Of a stretch of DNA of 64,000 nucleotides, positions 46,533-57,639 are shown piece by piece. Below the pieces are notes generated by a model. The model saw only the letters and a program-made list of their open reading frames with translations, had not been told where the DNA came from and searched no databases. The position numbers and the translations under genes were made by a program. The DNA is taken from assembly GCA_963819045.1 (NCBI GenBank), contig CAWFUV010000031.1, positions 19,941 through 83,940 on the forward strand, in the 5' to 3' direction. The stretch comes from an uncultured Chitinophagaceae bacterium (GTDB taxonomy: Bacteria > Bacteroidota > Bacteroidia > Chitinophagales > Chitinophagaceae). Numbering within the stretch: position 1 is the stretch's first letter; every line of letters starts with the position of its first letter.

Positions 46533-46542
46533 TTTTCAGCAT

Positions 46543-46564
46543 TATTTTTGAACCCGCAAAAGTA
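46543..46564. promoter_or_regulatory. Overlapping divergent -7 promoter elements
   Basis: TATTTTTG on + (46543-46550) and TACTTTTG on - (46557-46564). Confidence 0.5.
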
Positions 46565-46595
46565 GTTTCAAACATTTAATAAATTAAGACATAAT

Positions 46596-46943
46596 ATGGC
46601 TATCAAGATAACAGACGAATGTATCAACTGCGGTGCCTGTGAGCCGGAATGCCCCAACAATGCTATATATGAAGGCGGTACGGAATGGGCAATAGCCGAT
46701 GGAACCAGTGTAAAAGGTTCCTTTACGCTCATGAATGGGCAGGAAGCAGATGCTAACCAGCGTTTTACCCCGGTTAGTGTTGATACTTATTATATATCAC
46801 CAAACAAGTGTACCGAATGCCAGGGCTTCCACGAAGAGCCGCAATGCGCTGCTGTGTGCCCGGTGGATTGTTGCGTACCCGATGAGATGTATCGCGAGAC
46901 AATAGAGGAACTGTTGGAGAAAAAAGAAAAGCTTCACCTGTAA
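46596..46943 (+). CDS. 2x[4Fe-4S] ferredoxin
   Basis: [12 protein letters not shown] and CTEC...CAAVCP motifs. Confidence 0.95.
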   Translation: MAIKITDECINCGACEPECPNNAIYEGGTEWAIADGTSVKGSFTLMNGQEADANQRFTPVSVDTYYISPNKCTECQGFHEEPQCAAVCPVDCCVPDEMYRETIEELLEKKEKLHL

Positions 46944-46960
46944 AGGGGTACTAACTTCTG

Positions 46961-46997
46961 TACAAAAGTGAAGAGTTGACCGCCCTTCACTTTTGTA
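46961..46997 (+). terminator. Terminator hairpin
   Basis: tacaaaagtgaag / cttcacttttgta. Confidence 0.7.
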
Positions 46998-47250
46998 TTG
47001 TTAAAAGGTTGTATAATTTACTATTAACGGCAGATTTCCCGATTTCGGGAAGATACTTTATATCTGTAGGCTGCTTTTACTACAAATACCGAATAAGAAT
47101 TACCCAACTTAACCTCTTCATCCTACTGGAAAATCCGTTTAAACAAATCACCTGATTACGCTGGAAGCTGACCTCCCATTAAGAGATAATGCAGAGCGGT
47201 TGTTTAAATAGCTATTAAAGGCAGAAGTTGGGTACTTAAACAACTCTCCG

Positions 47251-47376
47251 GTGGCTAATAAAACAGTACTCATGAGCAGAATAAGAGGGATGCTTCGTTT
47301 TTATACGCAAGGTCAAAGCAGGAATAAAATCTGCGAGCTGACCGCTTCTTGACGCAATACTGTCAAAAAATCTCAA
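47251..47376 (+). pseudogene. IS21-family transposase (IstA) N-terminal relic
   Basis: VANKTVLMSRIRGMLRFYTQGQSRNKICELTAS*RNTVKKS resembles the IstA HTH; in-frame stop. Confidence 0.65.
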
Positions 47377-47665
47377 ATGCCGCTTTTTTCTGCTCTACTA
47401 GCTAAAAGCCTCTCTCGATTTGAAAGAAAGGGTGAATAAATAAGTCTGAGGTACAGGAAGTAATGTCCACCATGCTTGTATGCGTTAGGGAAAAGCATAA
47501 AATCTTAGCAAGTGCGAAACAATGCCCATGCAGGATAAAAGATGAGTGTGCCTGGTAGCTAAAGAGGTGCATACTGAAGATTGAGAACGTTTATGTATTT
47601 AGATAAGAGTAAATAAAAACTGAGATGAGAAGTGAATATTGTATTTTCATCTAAAAGTTAAAGTG

Positions 47666-48076
47666 ATGAGTACGGTTTCATTAAATTCTTTTTATGATCA
47701 GATAGTATTGATTGATGATGATCCTGTTCACAACATTATAGCTAAAAAAGTTTTGATGAAGTTTATAGACGTTACAGCAGTAAAAATCATCCCTTTTGAA
47801 AAGCCTAAAGAAGGTCTCAATTACCTTTTAAATCAAAATCCCAGGCAGGCATCAAATATGCTGGTTTTCTTAGATATTAATATGCCTGAACTTTCCGGAT
47901 GGGATGTTCTGGACAGATTAATAATTCTTGATGAGAAAATAAAAGAAACCATGAAGTTATATATGTTAACCTCTTCAATAGATCCTATGGATGAAGCACG
48001 CGCAGCAAGTTATCCGCTTGTGAAAGGCTTCTTGTCTAAACCACTGCTGCCGCATTTAAAGAGTATATTTCCATAG
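47666..48076 (+). CDS. Single-domain response regulator
   Basis: LIDDD, FLDINMP, LTSS and KPL motifs. Confidence 0.9.
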   Translation: MSTVSLNSFYDQIVLIDDDPVHNIIAKKVLMKFIDVTAVKIIPFEKPKEGLNYLLNQNPRQASNMLVFLDINMPELSGWDVLDRLIILDEKIKETMKLYMLTSSIDPMDEARAASYPLVKGFLSKPLLPHLKSIFP

Positions 48077-48223
48077 TAAATAAAGACTTTCTGTATGTAT
48101 GTAAGTTTGTCAGCAAATAGCGCTGATGCCGTACTGGTAAGAAGGGAGAAATCATTACTTTTTATATTAAATTTCCTATGAAAATAAAGGCAGCCGGAAC
48201 AGCAGCTTTTGAATAATGAACAA

Positions 48224-49534
48224 CTATTCCAATTTCAATGTGCATTCAGTAATCTCTTTTATTACTTCGTCTAAAGTTTCTGCTTCTGTCTGAAGAAGTT
48301 TCATATGGCTTTTACACTCATCATCAACCATATTTTCAACATCAACCAACTGCATCAACCCTAAAATATTGGCAACGTACCTACGTGCTTGGTGAGATTG
48401 TTTCCAGGCAATTTCACGCAATTGAGCATTTTGCCTTTTAATCTTTTGTTCATATTTTTTTTCTGCAGTAATATCTCTTGAAAAACAACTGATGCCACAT
48501 ACGCTTCCTTCCCGGTCGTAGATAGGGTTAAAACTTACATCTTCATAAATGATTGCTCCGTTATACTGACTCTCCCATGTAATTTTGTAAGACTCTCCTG
48601 CCATTGCTCTTTCAAAATACTTTCGCCAGGTTGCATATAACGCTGGTTCATAATCTTCAGCTATCACTACAAAAGTTTGCTTACCGGTTATATATGCTAT
48701 TCTTTCCCAAAAAGCACAATTAGCAGAAATAATCTTATAGTCCGTATCCATAGACCAAATGAAATCTTTGGTATTGTTGATGATTGCCCTTAGATTTTGC
48801 TGGTCACGGAAGATTTGTTCTGCTATCTTTTTCTTTTCAGTTATATCAGTAAAATAAACAGCCAATCCTTTTTCATTTGGATAAGCATTAACACATACCC
48901 AGGTGCTATACACCGGATCATACTCCTCAAAATGAACATTTACCTGGTCGCGCATAGCACGGCTGTACTCATTGTAAAACTTCAATTCTTTAGCTTGCGG
49001 AAAAAGGCTTAAAGAATTTTTTCCTATTAGCTCTGCTCTTGTTTGCTGGAAAACTTTTTCACACTCCTTATTCACATAGGTGAAATCCCAATCCATGTTA
49101 ATGGCATAGAAACAATCAGTAATGCTATCCATAATGCTCTCTGTTTCCCTGATCTTTTCTTCCAGTGCATTTTCTGTTTTTACTTTATTATCAATATTGA
49201 TAGCAAGCACTAAAACTGCATTTGCACCAGCAAATAAAGTGCGACGAGTATAGATATGCACATAAAAAACCTCCCCATTTCTGTGTTGGTGCTTCCACCG
49301 ACCTGTATCATGATACTTTTCGGGAAGTTGTTTATTAATCTCACAAAATCTTTCTACATCTTCTACAGGGCGAATATCTATGGCATTTAGCTGCATAAAC
49401 TCATCTCTGGTATAGCCAAACTGTGCTAAAGCTGCTTCATTAACGGTAAGAAAATGATAATCTGAACTATCATAAATATACATGGGTGTGGGGCTATCCT
49501 CAAAAAGCCTATAATAGTCCTGCTGATTTGGCAT
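48224..49534 (-). CDS. Multi-PAS sensor with HisKA-like C-terminus and no ATPase domain
   Basis: Three PAS-like repeats; EIAWKQSHQARRYVANILGL. Confidence 0.8.
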   Translation of the reverse strand: MPNQQDYYRLFEDSPTPMYIYDSSDYHFLTVNEAALAQFGYTRDEFMQLNAIDIRPVEDVERFCEINKQLPEKYHDTGRWKHQHRNGEVFYVHIYTRRTLFAGANAVLVLAINIDNKVKTENALEEKIRETESIMDSITDCFYAINMDWDFTYVNKECEKVFQQTRAELIGKNSLSLFPQAKELKFYNEYSRAMRDQVNVHFEEYDPVYSTWVCVNAYPNEKGLAVYFTDITEKKKIAEQIFRDQQNLRAIINNTKDFIWSMDTDYKIISANCAFWERIAYITGKQTFVVIAEDYEPALYATWRKYFERAMAGESYKITWESQYNGAIIYEDVSFNPIYDREGSVCGISCFSRDITAEKKYEQKIKRQNAQLREIAWKQSHQARRYVANILGLMQLVDVENMVDDECKSHMKLLQTEAETLDEVIKEITECTLKLE

Positions 49535-50149
49535 ACAATAAATTATTTAACATTCCTAAGTTCAACAAACGAAATTACTTACTGATAGGTTACTGAATGT
49601 AATAACTTACCTATTATAATTTCATTTTAACTGCTTTTATAAGTGTTTAATTAATAATGTATAAGATAAGTATGTTTTTCTTTGCCCGTATTCTATACTA
49701 CTGTCCAAATAAAAAATCAGGCAGCGGCTTTAAGCGTATTTACAATTGGCGAGTTAGCTTCTTGAAGACACTGGTTAACTGGTTAACAGGGCAAAGACGG
49801 TAGAAAGTGCTATCTTATACCAAATAGCTATGAACGACTACATCTGTTTCATACTGCATAAAATATTTCCATTTGAAATAAACACCTGTTACTTTATCAG
49901 TCACGCTACTATAAATTAATCTCATTGCCAAGGTTGGAATTGTCTGAGTAAGAAAGCCAGGCAGGTCTGCATTGTACTCCCAATAGATAATCTTCATATT
50001 TGAGTTAAGTGCAGGCATGTAAATAAGTGTTTTATTGATAATTGCAGTGATAATTTCTTACAGGGGATGCATATCACCTTTTATACTCTCAGCGAGTAAA
50101 TATTGATAGCTTTTTTAAAAGTAGCCAACCAAGTCGGCTAAAAATAAAA

Positions 50150-50174
50150 TAAGAGGCTGACAAGCAGCCTCTTA
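50150..50174 (-). terminator. tRNA terminator
   Basis: taagaggctg / cagcctctta hairpin with T-tract on the minus strand. Confidence 0.7.
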
Positions 50175-50187
50175 TTTAAAATTCCGG

Positions 50188-50260
<73 letters not shown>

Positions 50261-50395
50261 TGATTTCCTTTGTTTAAGGGCGGCAAAAATACTGCAAATG
50301 AACATATCACCCAAGCTAGTTTTGCATAATCTTATAATTTCATTCACTACCATGCGGGTATGCCTTTCCGTATCTTAGTATGATTATTGAACAAA

Positions 50396-50953
50396 ATGAA
50401 ATCAGCCTATAGTATTTTTATCCTCGCAGCCATCTATATCACCAGCATAAGCTGCTCAGAAAACACTAAAAACAAACAGATCATGGATCATACAAATAAT
50501 CCCGTCTTCTCAAAAACAGATACTAGTAAAGTAACACTGAGCAATGACGAATGGAAAAAAGTCCTTTCGCCCGAAGTGTACCAAGTTGCCCGTGAAAAAG
50601 GCACCGAGCGCCCATATACCAGCAAGTACGAGGAATTCAATGAGATAGGCACTTACTACTGTGCAGTATGTGGCAACCCTTTATTCCGCAGCGATACCAA
50701 GTTTGAAAGTGGTTGCGGCTGGCCCTCATTTTACGAACCTATCAGCAAGAGTTCTATTATATACGAAGCCGATAACAGCTATGGCATGCGTCGCACCGAA
50801 GTAATGTGCGGGCGCTGCAAGTCGCATTTAGGTCATGTGTTTGATGATGGACCAAAGCCTACCGGCTTGCGCTACTGTATCAACGGCGTAGTACTTGATT
50901 TTGAAAAAGCAAAAGAAGCCGAGAAGAACTATAACGAAGAGCATAAGCAATAA
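50396..50953 (+). CDS. msrB: Peptide methionine-R-sulfoxide reductase with lipoprotein signal
   Basis: [22 protein letters not shown] and RYCING motifs. Confidence 0.95.
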   Translation: MKSAYSIFILAAIYITSISCSENTKNKQIMDHTNNPVFSKTDTSKVTLSNDEWKKVLSPEVYQVAREKGTERPYTSKYEEFNEIGTYYCAVCGNPLFRSDTKFESGCGWPSFYEPISKSSIIYEADNSYGMRRTEVMCGRCKSHLGHVFDDGPKPTGLRYCINGVVLDFEKAKEAEKNYNEEHKQ

Positions 50954-50974
50954 TATTAGTGTATCCACAATTCG

Positions 50975-51005
50975 AGGCGTGCAATCATCTTTGCACGCCT
51001 TTTTT
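50975..51005 (+). terminator. Intrinsic terminator
   Basis: aggcgtgcaa / ttgcacgcct followed by T-tract. Confidence 0.8.
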
Positions 51006-51178
51006 ATGCCTGATAAGTAAACCTTTGCCGAGTATATGCTTGTACCAGACTTAAACAGGTAGCCAGTTAGCAGTCTACAGGTCACTTACTCTCTACAGGA
51101 TCCTATGGGCATGGGAGATCCTTGGATTGCCACTTACTGCTGTATATGGCTTAGGTTGGAAGGAGATATGATGTTACC

Positions 51179-51259
51179 CAGGAGGAGATTAGGTATAACT
51201 CAAGTATAACTCAGGTATAAGTTAAGTATAACTCAGGTATAACTCCGGGAGTTCCGGGA
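51179..51259 (+). repeat. 11-bp-periodic mini-array (type D/A)
   Basis: ttaggtataac|tcaagtataac|tcaggtataag|ttaagtataac|tcaggtataac. Confidence 0.85.
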
Positions 51260-51507
51260 GAGGAAATGCTGTTTTAATAATGACGATACTGATAATTTGC
51301 TTGTAAAGCTGATCATAAAAATGCTGTTTTGATGATGTACGACCTTGCCTGCAGGCTGTGCAGGTAAGGGGAATACAGTATGTGAAAATAGTAGTACACC
51401 ATCTGTGCTCATCTGTGAGAGCCACCTCTGCTAAAAATTTTTGCATCAGGAAATTAAAATATTATAAACTAAAAAACACTGATTTCTATATTATAAGGGC
51501 AATTTTT

Positions 51508-51747
51508 TTATGCACCGCAACTGTTAATTAGGTATCCCACAAAGGAGCACAACTTTTTGGTTTTGTGGAAAAATTGCTAAATTTATGTGCATCAAGCACT
51601 TATATGTGTGCATAACTGTGTGCATAGCATGTGGAAGACTTTTGACAACTAAAAAGTTTTTTCTAAAGTTTTTGCACCTCAAATTCGTTGTTGCTTTATA
51701 CGCCACTAACCTGCTGAATGTAATAATCCAACAATTATTCATTCACA
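51508..51747. promoter_or_regulatory. Cluster of DnaA-box-like 9-mers upstream of dnaB
   Basis: TTWTNCACA matches at 51564 and 51607; one-mismatch boxes at 51508, 51586, 51619, 51630 and 51739. Confidence 0.55.
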
Positions 51748-51792
51748 ACAGTCATTGAAGTATAAGCTAACTATTGCAAACCTTTAAATGAA

Positions 51793-53391
51793 TTGACTGT
51801 GGACTTCAACCTCAACAAAGATCGCAAAAGCAGAAGAAAGCCTACTATTGATGTAAGCTCAATGGTATATGGCAAAGTGCCGCCACAAGCCAAAGAACTG
51901 GAAGAAGCAGTGCTTGGTGCTATCATGCTGGAGAAAACAGCGTTCGATACTGTCATTGAAATCTTAAAGCCTGAATGTTTTTATATAGATGCTCATCAGC
52001 ATATCTACAGAGCCTTTAAAAGCCTGGCAGATAAATCAATGCCGATAGACTTATTGACAGTGGTTGAGGAACTGAAAATGAAAGAAGAGCTGGATATGGT
52101 AGGGGGTCCATATTATATTACCAAGCTAACCAATTCGGTAGTATCCAGCGCCAATATTGAAACCCACGCCCGTATTGTATTGCAGAAGTTCATTCAGCGA
52201 GAGCTCATACGCATAAGCGGAGAGATCATTGGTGATGCTTATGAAGACAGCACTGATGTATTTGATTTGATGGATGATGCAGAAGGCAAGATATTTGAAA
52301 TCACCAACAACTTTTTAAAGACCGACTACCAGGAGATGAGCAGCGCACTTGCGCAAGCCATCAACCGCATAGACGAACTACGTACCAGAACAGAAGATAT
52401 ATCCGGTGTGCCCAGCGGCTTCCCATCGCTCGATCGTGTTACATTTGGCTGGCAAAAGACAGACTTAATTATTCTTGCTGCCCGTCCTGCCGTGGGTAAA
52501 ACCGCATTCGCACTCAACCTTGCCCGCAATGCTGCATTGAACCCAACAAGGCCTACGCCCGTTGCATTTTTTTCCCTGGAAATGAGTGCTGGTCAGTTGG
52601 TGCAGCGTATCCTGTCTGCCGAAAGTGAGATCATGATGGAGAAAATCTCCAGGGGCAGGCTGGAAGATTATGAGTATCAGCAACTGCACGCCAAAGGTAT
52701 TAAACGCCTTGAGCAGGCACCCATTTATATAGATGATACGGCAGCGCTTAACATTTTTGAGTTTCGTGCAAAAGCACGCCGCCTGGTACATAAGCATAAA
52801 GTCGGGATCATTATCATAGATTACCTGCAGCTTATGAGTGGCAGCAGCGACCGCAATGGCAACCGTGAGCAGGAAATCAGTACCATTTCCCGTAATCTAA
52901 AGGCACTGGCAAAAGAATTACAGGTTCCTATTCTCGCACTTAGCCAGTTAAGCCGTGCGGTAGAAACGCGTAAAGAAAGCAAGATGCCACAGTTGAGTGA
53001 CTTGCGTGAATCTGGTGCTATCGAGCAGGATGCCGACATGGTAATGTTTATCTATCGTCCTGAATACTACGAGCAGATGGCTAATGAGAATGGTGAAAGC
53101 ACCCGTGGCGAAACGCACATCCGTATAGCCAAGCACCGTAACGGTTCGCTTGAAACAATAAAGCTGCGCGCCTTGCTGCACATTCAAAAGTTTGAAGAGT
53201 GGGATGATGGTAACAACTTTGGAGGCGGTTTGCCAGGTGGTGGTAATTGGAAGCCTGCACCACCTACAGGAGCAGATGGAGGTGCAGGCAACAATGGTGG
53301 CAATGAAAGTGGACGGTTCTTTATTCAAAAGGGCAGCAAGATGAATAATGGGGAATTTGATGAGGGTTTTGAGAGTAATGATGTATTTTAG
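51793..53391 (+). CDS. dnaB: Replicative DNA helicase
   Basis: PPQAKELEEAVLG, ARPAVGKT, IDYLQL and SDLRESGAIEQDAD motifs. Confidence 0.97.
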   Translation: MTVDFNLNKDRKSRRKPTIDVSSMVYGKVPPQAKELEEAVLGAIMLEKTAFDTVIEILKPECFYIDAHQHIYRAFKSLADKSMPIDLLTVVEELKMKEELDMVGGPYYITKLTNSVVSSANIETHARIVLQKFIQRELIRISGEIIGDAYEDSTDVFDLMDDAEGKIFEITNNFLKTDYQEMSSALAQAINRIDELRTRTEDISGVPSGFPSLDRVTFGWQKTDLIILAARPAVGKTAFALNLARNAALNPTRPTPVAFFSLEMSAGQLVQRILSAESEIMMEKISRGRLEDYEYQQLHAKGIKRLEQAPIYIDDTAALNIFEFRAKARRLVHKHKVGIIIIDYLQLMSGSSDRNGNREQEISTISRNLKALAKELQVPILALSQLSRAVETRKESKMPQLSDLRESGAIEQDADMVMFIYRPEYYEQMANENGESTRGETHIRIAKHRNGSLETIKLRALLHIQKFEEWDDGNNFGGGLPGGGNWKPAPPTGADGGAGNNGGNESGRFFIQKGSKMNNGEFDEGFESNDVF

Positions 53392-53535
53392 GAGGGGCTG
53401 CAGGCTACGCTGTTCACCGCAGAGAACATGAGTTAACAGAGGTGTCGCAGAGATGCTCACTGTTTACAGCCAAGTCGCCAAAGACGCAGTGTCTTACCAT
53501 TAGGATTATCACAATCAACATCTAATTTCTCCTAC

Positions 53536-53570
53536 AACGCTGACAGGGTTCTGAAGCCTGTCAGCGTTTT
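53536..53570 (+). terminator. Hairpin of the ctgacagg/cctgtcag type
   Basis: aacgctgacagg / cctgtcagcgtt followed by T-tract. Confidence 0.7.
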
Positions 53571-53634
53571 TTACTATTGCCTATCAGAATAATCATGATC
53601 TATTTTTGCACTCATTAATAAATCATACACCATC

Positions 53635-54345
53635 TTGATGCAGCTACCTTATTTCTACGAGCCGAACATTACTTCCACCAATACTTCTTTTGTCCTTAGC
53701 GAAGATACCAGCCGCCACTGCGTACAGGTATTGCGCATGCATGCTGGTGAGCAGTTACAGCTTACGGATGGGACGGGTAATTTATACACAGCAGCCATCA
53801 CCAGGGCTGATAAAAGGCATTGTGAAGTAACAGTACAAGAGACAAGGTTTAAGGAGCAAGAGGCAAAGAGGGTATGTATTGCCATTTCGCTGTTGAAGAA
53901 TGCCAGCCGCTTTGAATGGTTCCTGGAAAAAGCTACTGAGATAGGGGTACAGGAAATTGTTCCACTCTTGTGTGACCGCACGGAACGCCAGCACTTCCGC
54001 TACGATCGAATGCAAGGTATTATAGTAGCAGCCATGCTGCAAAGCCAGCAATGCTGGCTGCCTCTTTTGCATCAGCTAACTCCTATACAGCAAGTAATTA
54101 CTACAAGCACTTATACGGATAAGCGTATTGCGCATTGTGTAGCTGAAGAAGATAAGATACTGATAAATAAAATGTCTGTAGACAATGCGGTACAAATTCT
54201 CATTGGTCCAGAAGGTGATTTTACCAGCAACGAAATAGATTTAGCATTACAACAGGGTTACAAACCGGTAAGTCTTGGCAATACCAGGCTGCGTACTGAG
54301 ACTGCCGGTGTAGTGGCATCTGCTTTGCTTATGTATTCGCATTAA
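53635..54345 (+). CDS. rsmE: 16S rRNA m3U1498 methyltransferase
   Basis: HCVQVLR, EKATEIG, IGPEGDF and LRTETA motifs. Confidence 0.95.
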   Translation: MMQLPYFYEPNITSTNTSFVLSEDTSRHCVQVLRMHAGEQLQLTDGTGNLYTAAITRADKRHCEVTVQETRFKEQEAKRVCIAISLLKNASRFEWFLEKATEIGVQEIVPLLCDRTERQHFRYDRMQGIIVAAMLQSQQCWLPLLHQLTPIQQVITTSTYTDKRIAHCVAEEDKILINKMSVDNAVQILIGPEGDFTSNEIDLALQQGYKPVSLGNTRLRTETAGVVASALLMYSH

Positions 54346-54360
54346 AATTATCATTAAAGT

Positions 54361-56025
54361 ATGAGGAAGAGTTTTGTAGCCATTTCAACCCTGCTTGTGT
54401 TGTTTTTATTTGCCTGTAAAAGTAAAACGCAAAAAGAACAAGAACGAAAGCAAGAGCAAGAGAGGAAAGAAGTTGAGATCGACAAGTCTATCACGCCAGC
54501 CAATGCTTATAACAATCTTTTTTTAGACAGTAATAAGTTAAATGATTTCTTAGCCAATCATCCGGAGTATAGTGCTTACGGGCAGCAATACCAGGATTTT
54601 TACAGGTATAGAAATTATGAGTATGCCTGGTTTGATACAAGTGGCTTAGACGAACAGGCTATCAACTTTGTAAATCTGCTGAATAGTACCATTACTGATC
54701 TTAATGATAGCAGTTTGTACAATAAAAAAATGATGAGCTTATACAATAGGTTCTTAACAGATTCTACAGCACACGAAGAAAAATCCCCATTACAAGCTGA
54801 GTTGTATCTCACCGGTCAATTCTTTATGTATGTGGCTAAAATATATGATGCTGCGGATATAAATACCAAAGAGTTAGGCTGGTTTATACCAGGCAAAAAG
54901 GTAGACTTTACAACCATGCTGGATTCAACCGTTGCCAATAGAGGCAAAGGTGAAGACAGAGTTTTGCCGCTGAATAATCAATATAAAAAATTGCAGGCCG
55001 CACTGACACAGTATTACAATATAAGGAATAAGGACACATGGGATTCAATTCATGTGCCTGCCAAGGGATTTAAAATGGGCGATTCTACTGCTACAATTGC
55101 ACTCATAAAACACCGCTTACACCTCTTCGGTGATATGCCGCCGGGAGATACTACCGGTAAGTATAATGATGGTCTGAAAAATGCCATACAGTCTTTCCAG
55201 GCACGTATGGGACTGCCAGCTACCGGCAGCCTTAATAAGGCAACTATGCAGGAACTGAATTACCCGATAGCTGGTCGCATCAAACAGTTATTGATCAACC
55301 TGGAGCGCGACCGTTGGATGCCTGCCGAAACCGATTCAGCTTATATTATGGTCAACATTCCAGAGTATAAACTGCATGTATATGAGGGAACCAAACAGCA
55401 GTTTGATATGAATGTGATTGTAGGAAAAGCAGGTACCGGCACAGTTCTTTTTACAGGCAAGCTCAAGTATATTGTATTTAGTCCATACTGGAATGTGCCA
55501 AAGAGTATTGTAGAAAAAGAAATTGTGCCCGGCATGGAACGCAACGCTAACTATTTAGCTGAGCACGGTATGGAGATAACCGGACAAGAAAATGGCTTAC
55601 CGGTAGTACGCCAGCTTCCCGGTGACAGCAACTCGCTAGGGCATGTAAAGTTCCTATTCCCGAATAGTTATGACATATACCTGCACGATACCCCTCAACG
55701 TGACCTTTTTACGGCTACCAACCGCAGTTTTAGCCACGGCTGTATACGTGTACAATATCCGGATTCATTGGCGCAGTACCTGTTAAGAGATAAACCTGAA
55801 TGGACACCTGAAAAAATAGATAGCTGTATGCACCTGCAGGATGAAAAATGGGTAACACTGAATAAGCCGGTGCGTGTATATATTGGCTATTTCACTGCCT
55901 GGGTAGATGATAATGACAGGCTCAACTTCCGTAAAGATATTTACGGACATGATAAGAAAATGGCAGGTAAGCTGTTTGCAAATAGTCCAGCCTCCAACCA
56001 GGCATATACATTAGCTGGTAAGTAG
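54361..56025 (+). CDS. L,D-transpeptidase (YcbB-like) lipoprotein
   Basis: PG-binding region; VNIPEY, SPYWNVP, YLHDTP and SHGCIRV motifs. Confidence 0.9.
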   Translation: MRKSFVAISTLLVLFLFACKSKTQKEQERKQEQERKEVEIDKSITPANAYNNLFLDSNKLNDFLANHPEYSAYGQQYQDFYRYRNYEYAWFDTSGLDEQAINFVNLLNSTITDLNDSSLYNKKMMSLYNRFLTDSTAHEEKSPLQAELYLTGQFFMYVAKIYDAADINTKELGWFIPGKKVDFTTMLDSTVANRGKGEDRVLPLNNQYKKLQAALTQYYNIRNKDTWDSIHVPAKGFKMGDSTATIALIKHRLHLFGDMPPGDTTGKYNDGLKNAIQSFQARMGLPATGSLNKATMQELNYPIAGRIKQLLINLERDRWMPAETDSAYIMVNIPEYKLHVYEGTKQQFDMNVIVGKAGTGTVLFTGKLKYIVFSPYWNVPKSIVEKEIVPGMERNANYLAEHGMEITGQENGLPVVRQLPGDSNSLGHVKFLFPNSYDIYLHDTPQRDLFTATNRSFSHGCIRVQYPDSLAQYLLRDKPEWTPEKIDSCMHLQDEKWVTLNKPVRVYIGYFTAWVDDNDRLNFRKDIYGHDKKMAGKLFANSPASNQAYTLAGK

Positions 56026-56071
56026 ATAAGAAGATGCGAGCTTTGAGTTTTGAGCAGAGCATATTTTGTTA

Positions 56072-56118
56072 GCTATAAGAGGGATCGCCAGCCTACGGCT
56101 GGCGATCCCTCTTATAGC
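56072..56118. terminator. Hairpin between convergent genes
   Basis: gggatcgccagcc / ggctggcgatccc. Confidence 0.75.
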
Positions 56119-56174
56119 ATGTATTCATTCTGGAATTCCTATCCCAGTTTATCCTCAGCATCCCTAAATCCAGT

Positions 56175-57130
56175 TCAGACAAGCTCTTTCACTACATTAA
56201 AGATTGTTCTGGACTTTCCAAGTGTATAATAATGCAACACAGGCACGCCAAATTTTTTTAATTCTTTACTTTGCTGTACAAGCCATTCCGTACCTACTTT
56301 TTCACTATCTTCATCGCTTTTGCAGCGTATTATTTCTTCCGATAATTCAGTAGGAATATCCACATGAAAAATACGTGGCAACACAGATAATTGTTTTTGG
56401 TTGTAATTGGTTTTAAGCCCGGAATAATAGGAACATTAATACCCATTGTCGCGGCAGGTTTCTTACAAAGTCAAAAAACTTTTGGTTATCAAAAAACATT
56501 TGCGTCATAATATATTCTGCGCCGCTATCAAACTTTTTCTTTCAGGCGCTGCATATCAATTTCAGGGTTAGGTGCTTCAAAATGTTTTTCAGGATAACCG
56601 GCAACACCAATGCAGAATTTTGTTTTACCACCATCGCGAATATCATCGTCCAAATAAATTCCACTGTTGAGATTTACAATTTGTTTCAGCAATTCAGTTG
56701 CATAACGGTTGCCATCGGGTTCAGGCTCAAATGAAGCAGCATTTTTTTCCGCATCACCACGAATAACCAGTACATTATCAATACCTAAAAAATTCAAGTC
56801 AATCAATGCATCTTCTGTTTCACGTTTGGAAAAACCACCACAAATAATATGTGGCACTGCATCAATTTTATAATGGTTCATAATGGCGGCACAAATGCCT
56901 ACAGTGCCCGGGCGTTTACGCACTTCCACTTTTTCAAAACTGCCATCTGTCTTTTTTTTAAAAGCAGTTTCGGTGCGATGATAGGTAACATTTATCCAGG
57001 ATGGTTTAAACTCCATCAGCGGATCAAGATGGTCATAAATTGAATTAATGCTTTTGCCTTTTAATGGCGGCAATACTTCAAAAGAAACAAATGTATCTTT
57101 TGCTTGCTGAATATGCTCGGTGATCTTCAT
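56175..57130 (-). CDS. metF: 5,10-methylenetetrahydrofolate reductase; frameshifts near 56530 and 56400
   Basis: SFEVLPP, AGYPEKH, TQMFFDN and LHYYTLG across frames. Confidence 0.9.
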
Positions 57131-57385
57131 TTCCAAAAAATTGTTGCAAGATAAGGCATAGAACATTGATGGCACGGATTATATGCACTCATGTGTGAGT
57201 GTTTATTAAAAAACAACAAATAATCATGCTTTTCCTCTTTGCTGTACATTTACATCCCCTCCACACCACCTGCTGTTAATGAAAACTGCCTATACCTATT
57301 TTTTAACCTTATGAATACTGGAAAAGACATAGGAGCATCGAGGGATATACGGCGCAGGCAGAAGAATCCTAGAGCTCTGGCGCCG

Positions 57386-57515
57386 CTTCCCATGAACTAT
57401 CCATGGCTTTACCATGGCTTTACCATGACTTTACCATGGCTTTGGCAGGGCTTAGGTAAGGAGGAAGTTGGGGTTTGATACCCCATTAAACAGGCAAGCA
57501 GATACCATTTATCTG
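57386..57515 (-). repeat. 11-bp array B plus leader motif (reversed)
   Basis: ccatggcttta-type units on +; leader-like ggtatctgcttgcctgtttaa on -. Confidence 0.8.
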
Positions 57516-57639
57516 ATATCCCTTTTGCTGATAGCCTCTTTAAGGAGGATATAAGTTTTAACTTAATATCCAAACAATCCATACTTATAAACTGTGCCGT
57601 CAGTGTACTATCATTTACTTTTGCGCAAAGTAGTATCCA

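Noticed and set aside
57131-57240. Riboswitch upstream of metF
   Set aside because: Only a short cactcac/gagtg hairpin is visible; no recognisable SAM or cobalamin aptamer.
57239-57478. ORF containing YPWLYHGFTMTLPWLW
   Set aside because: It is a translation of the 11-bp array B, not a credible protein.
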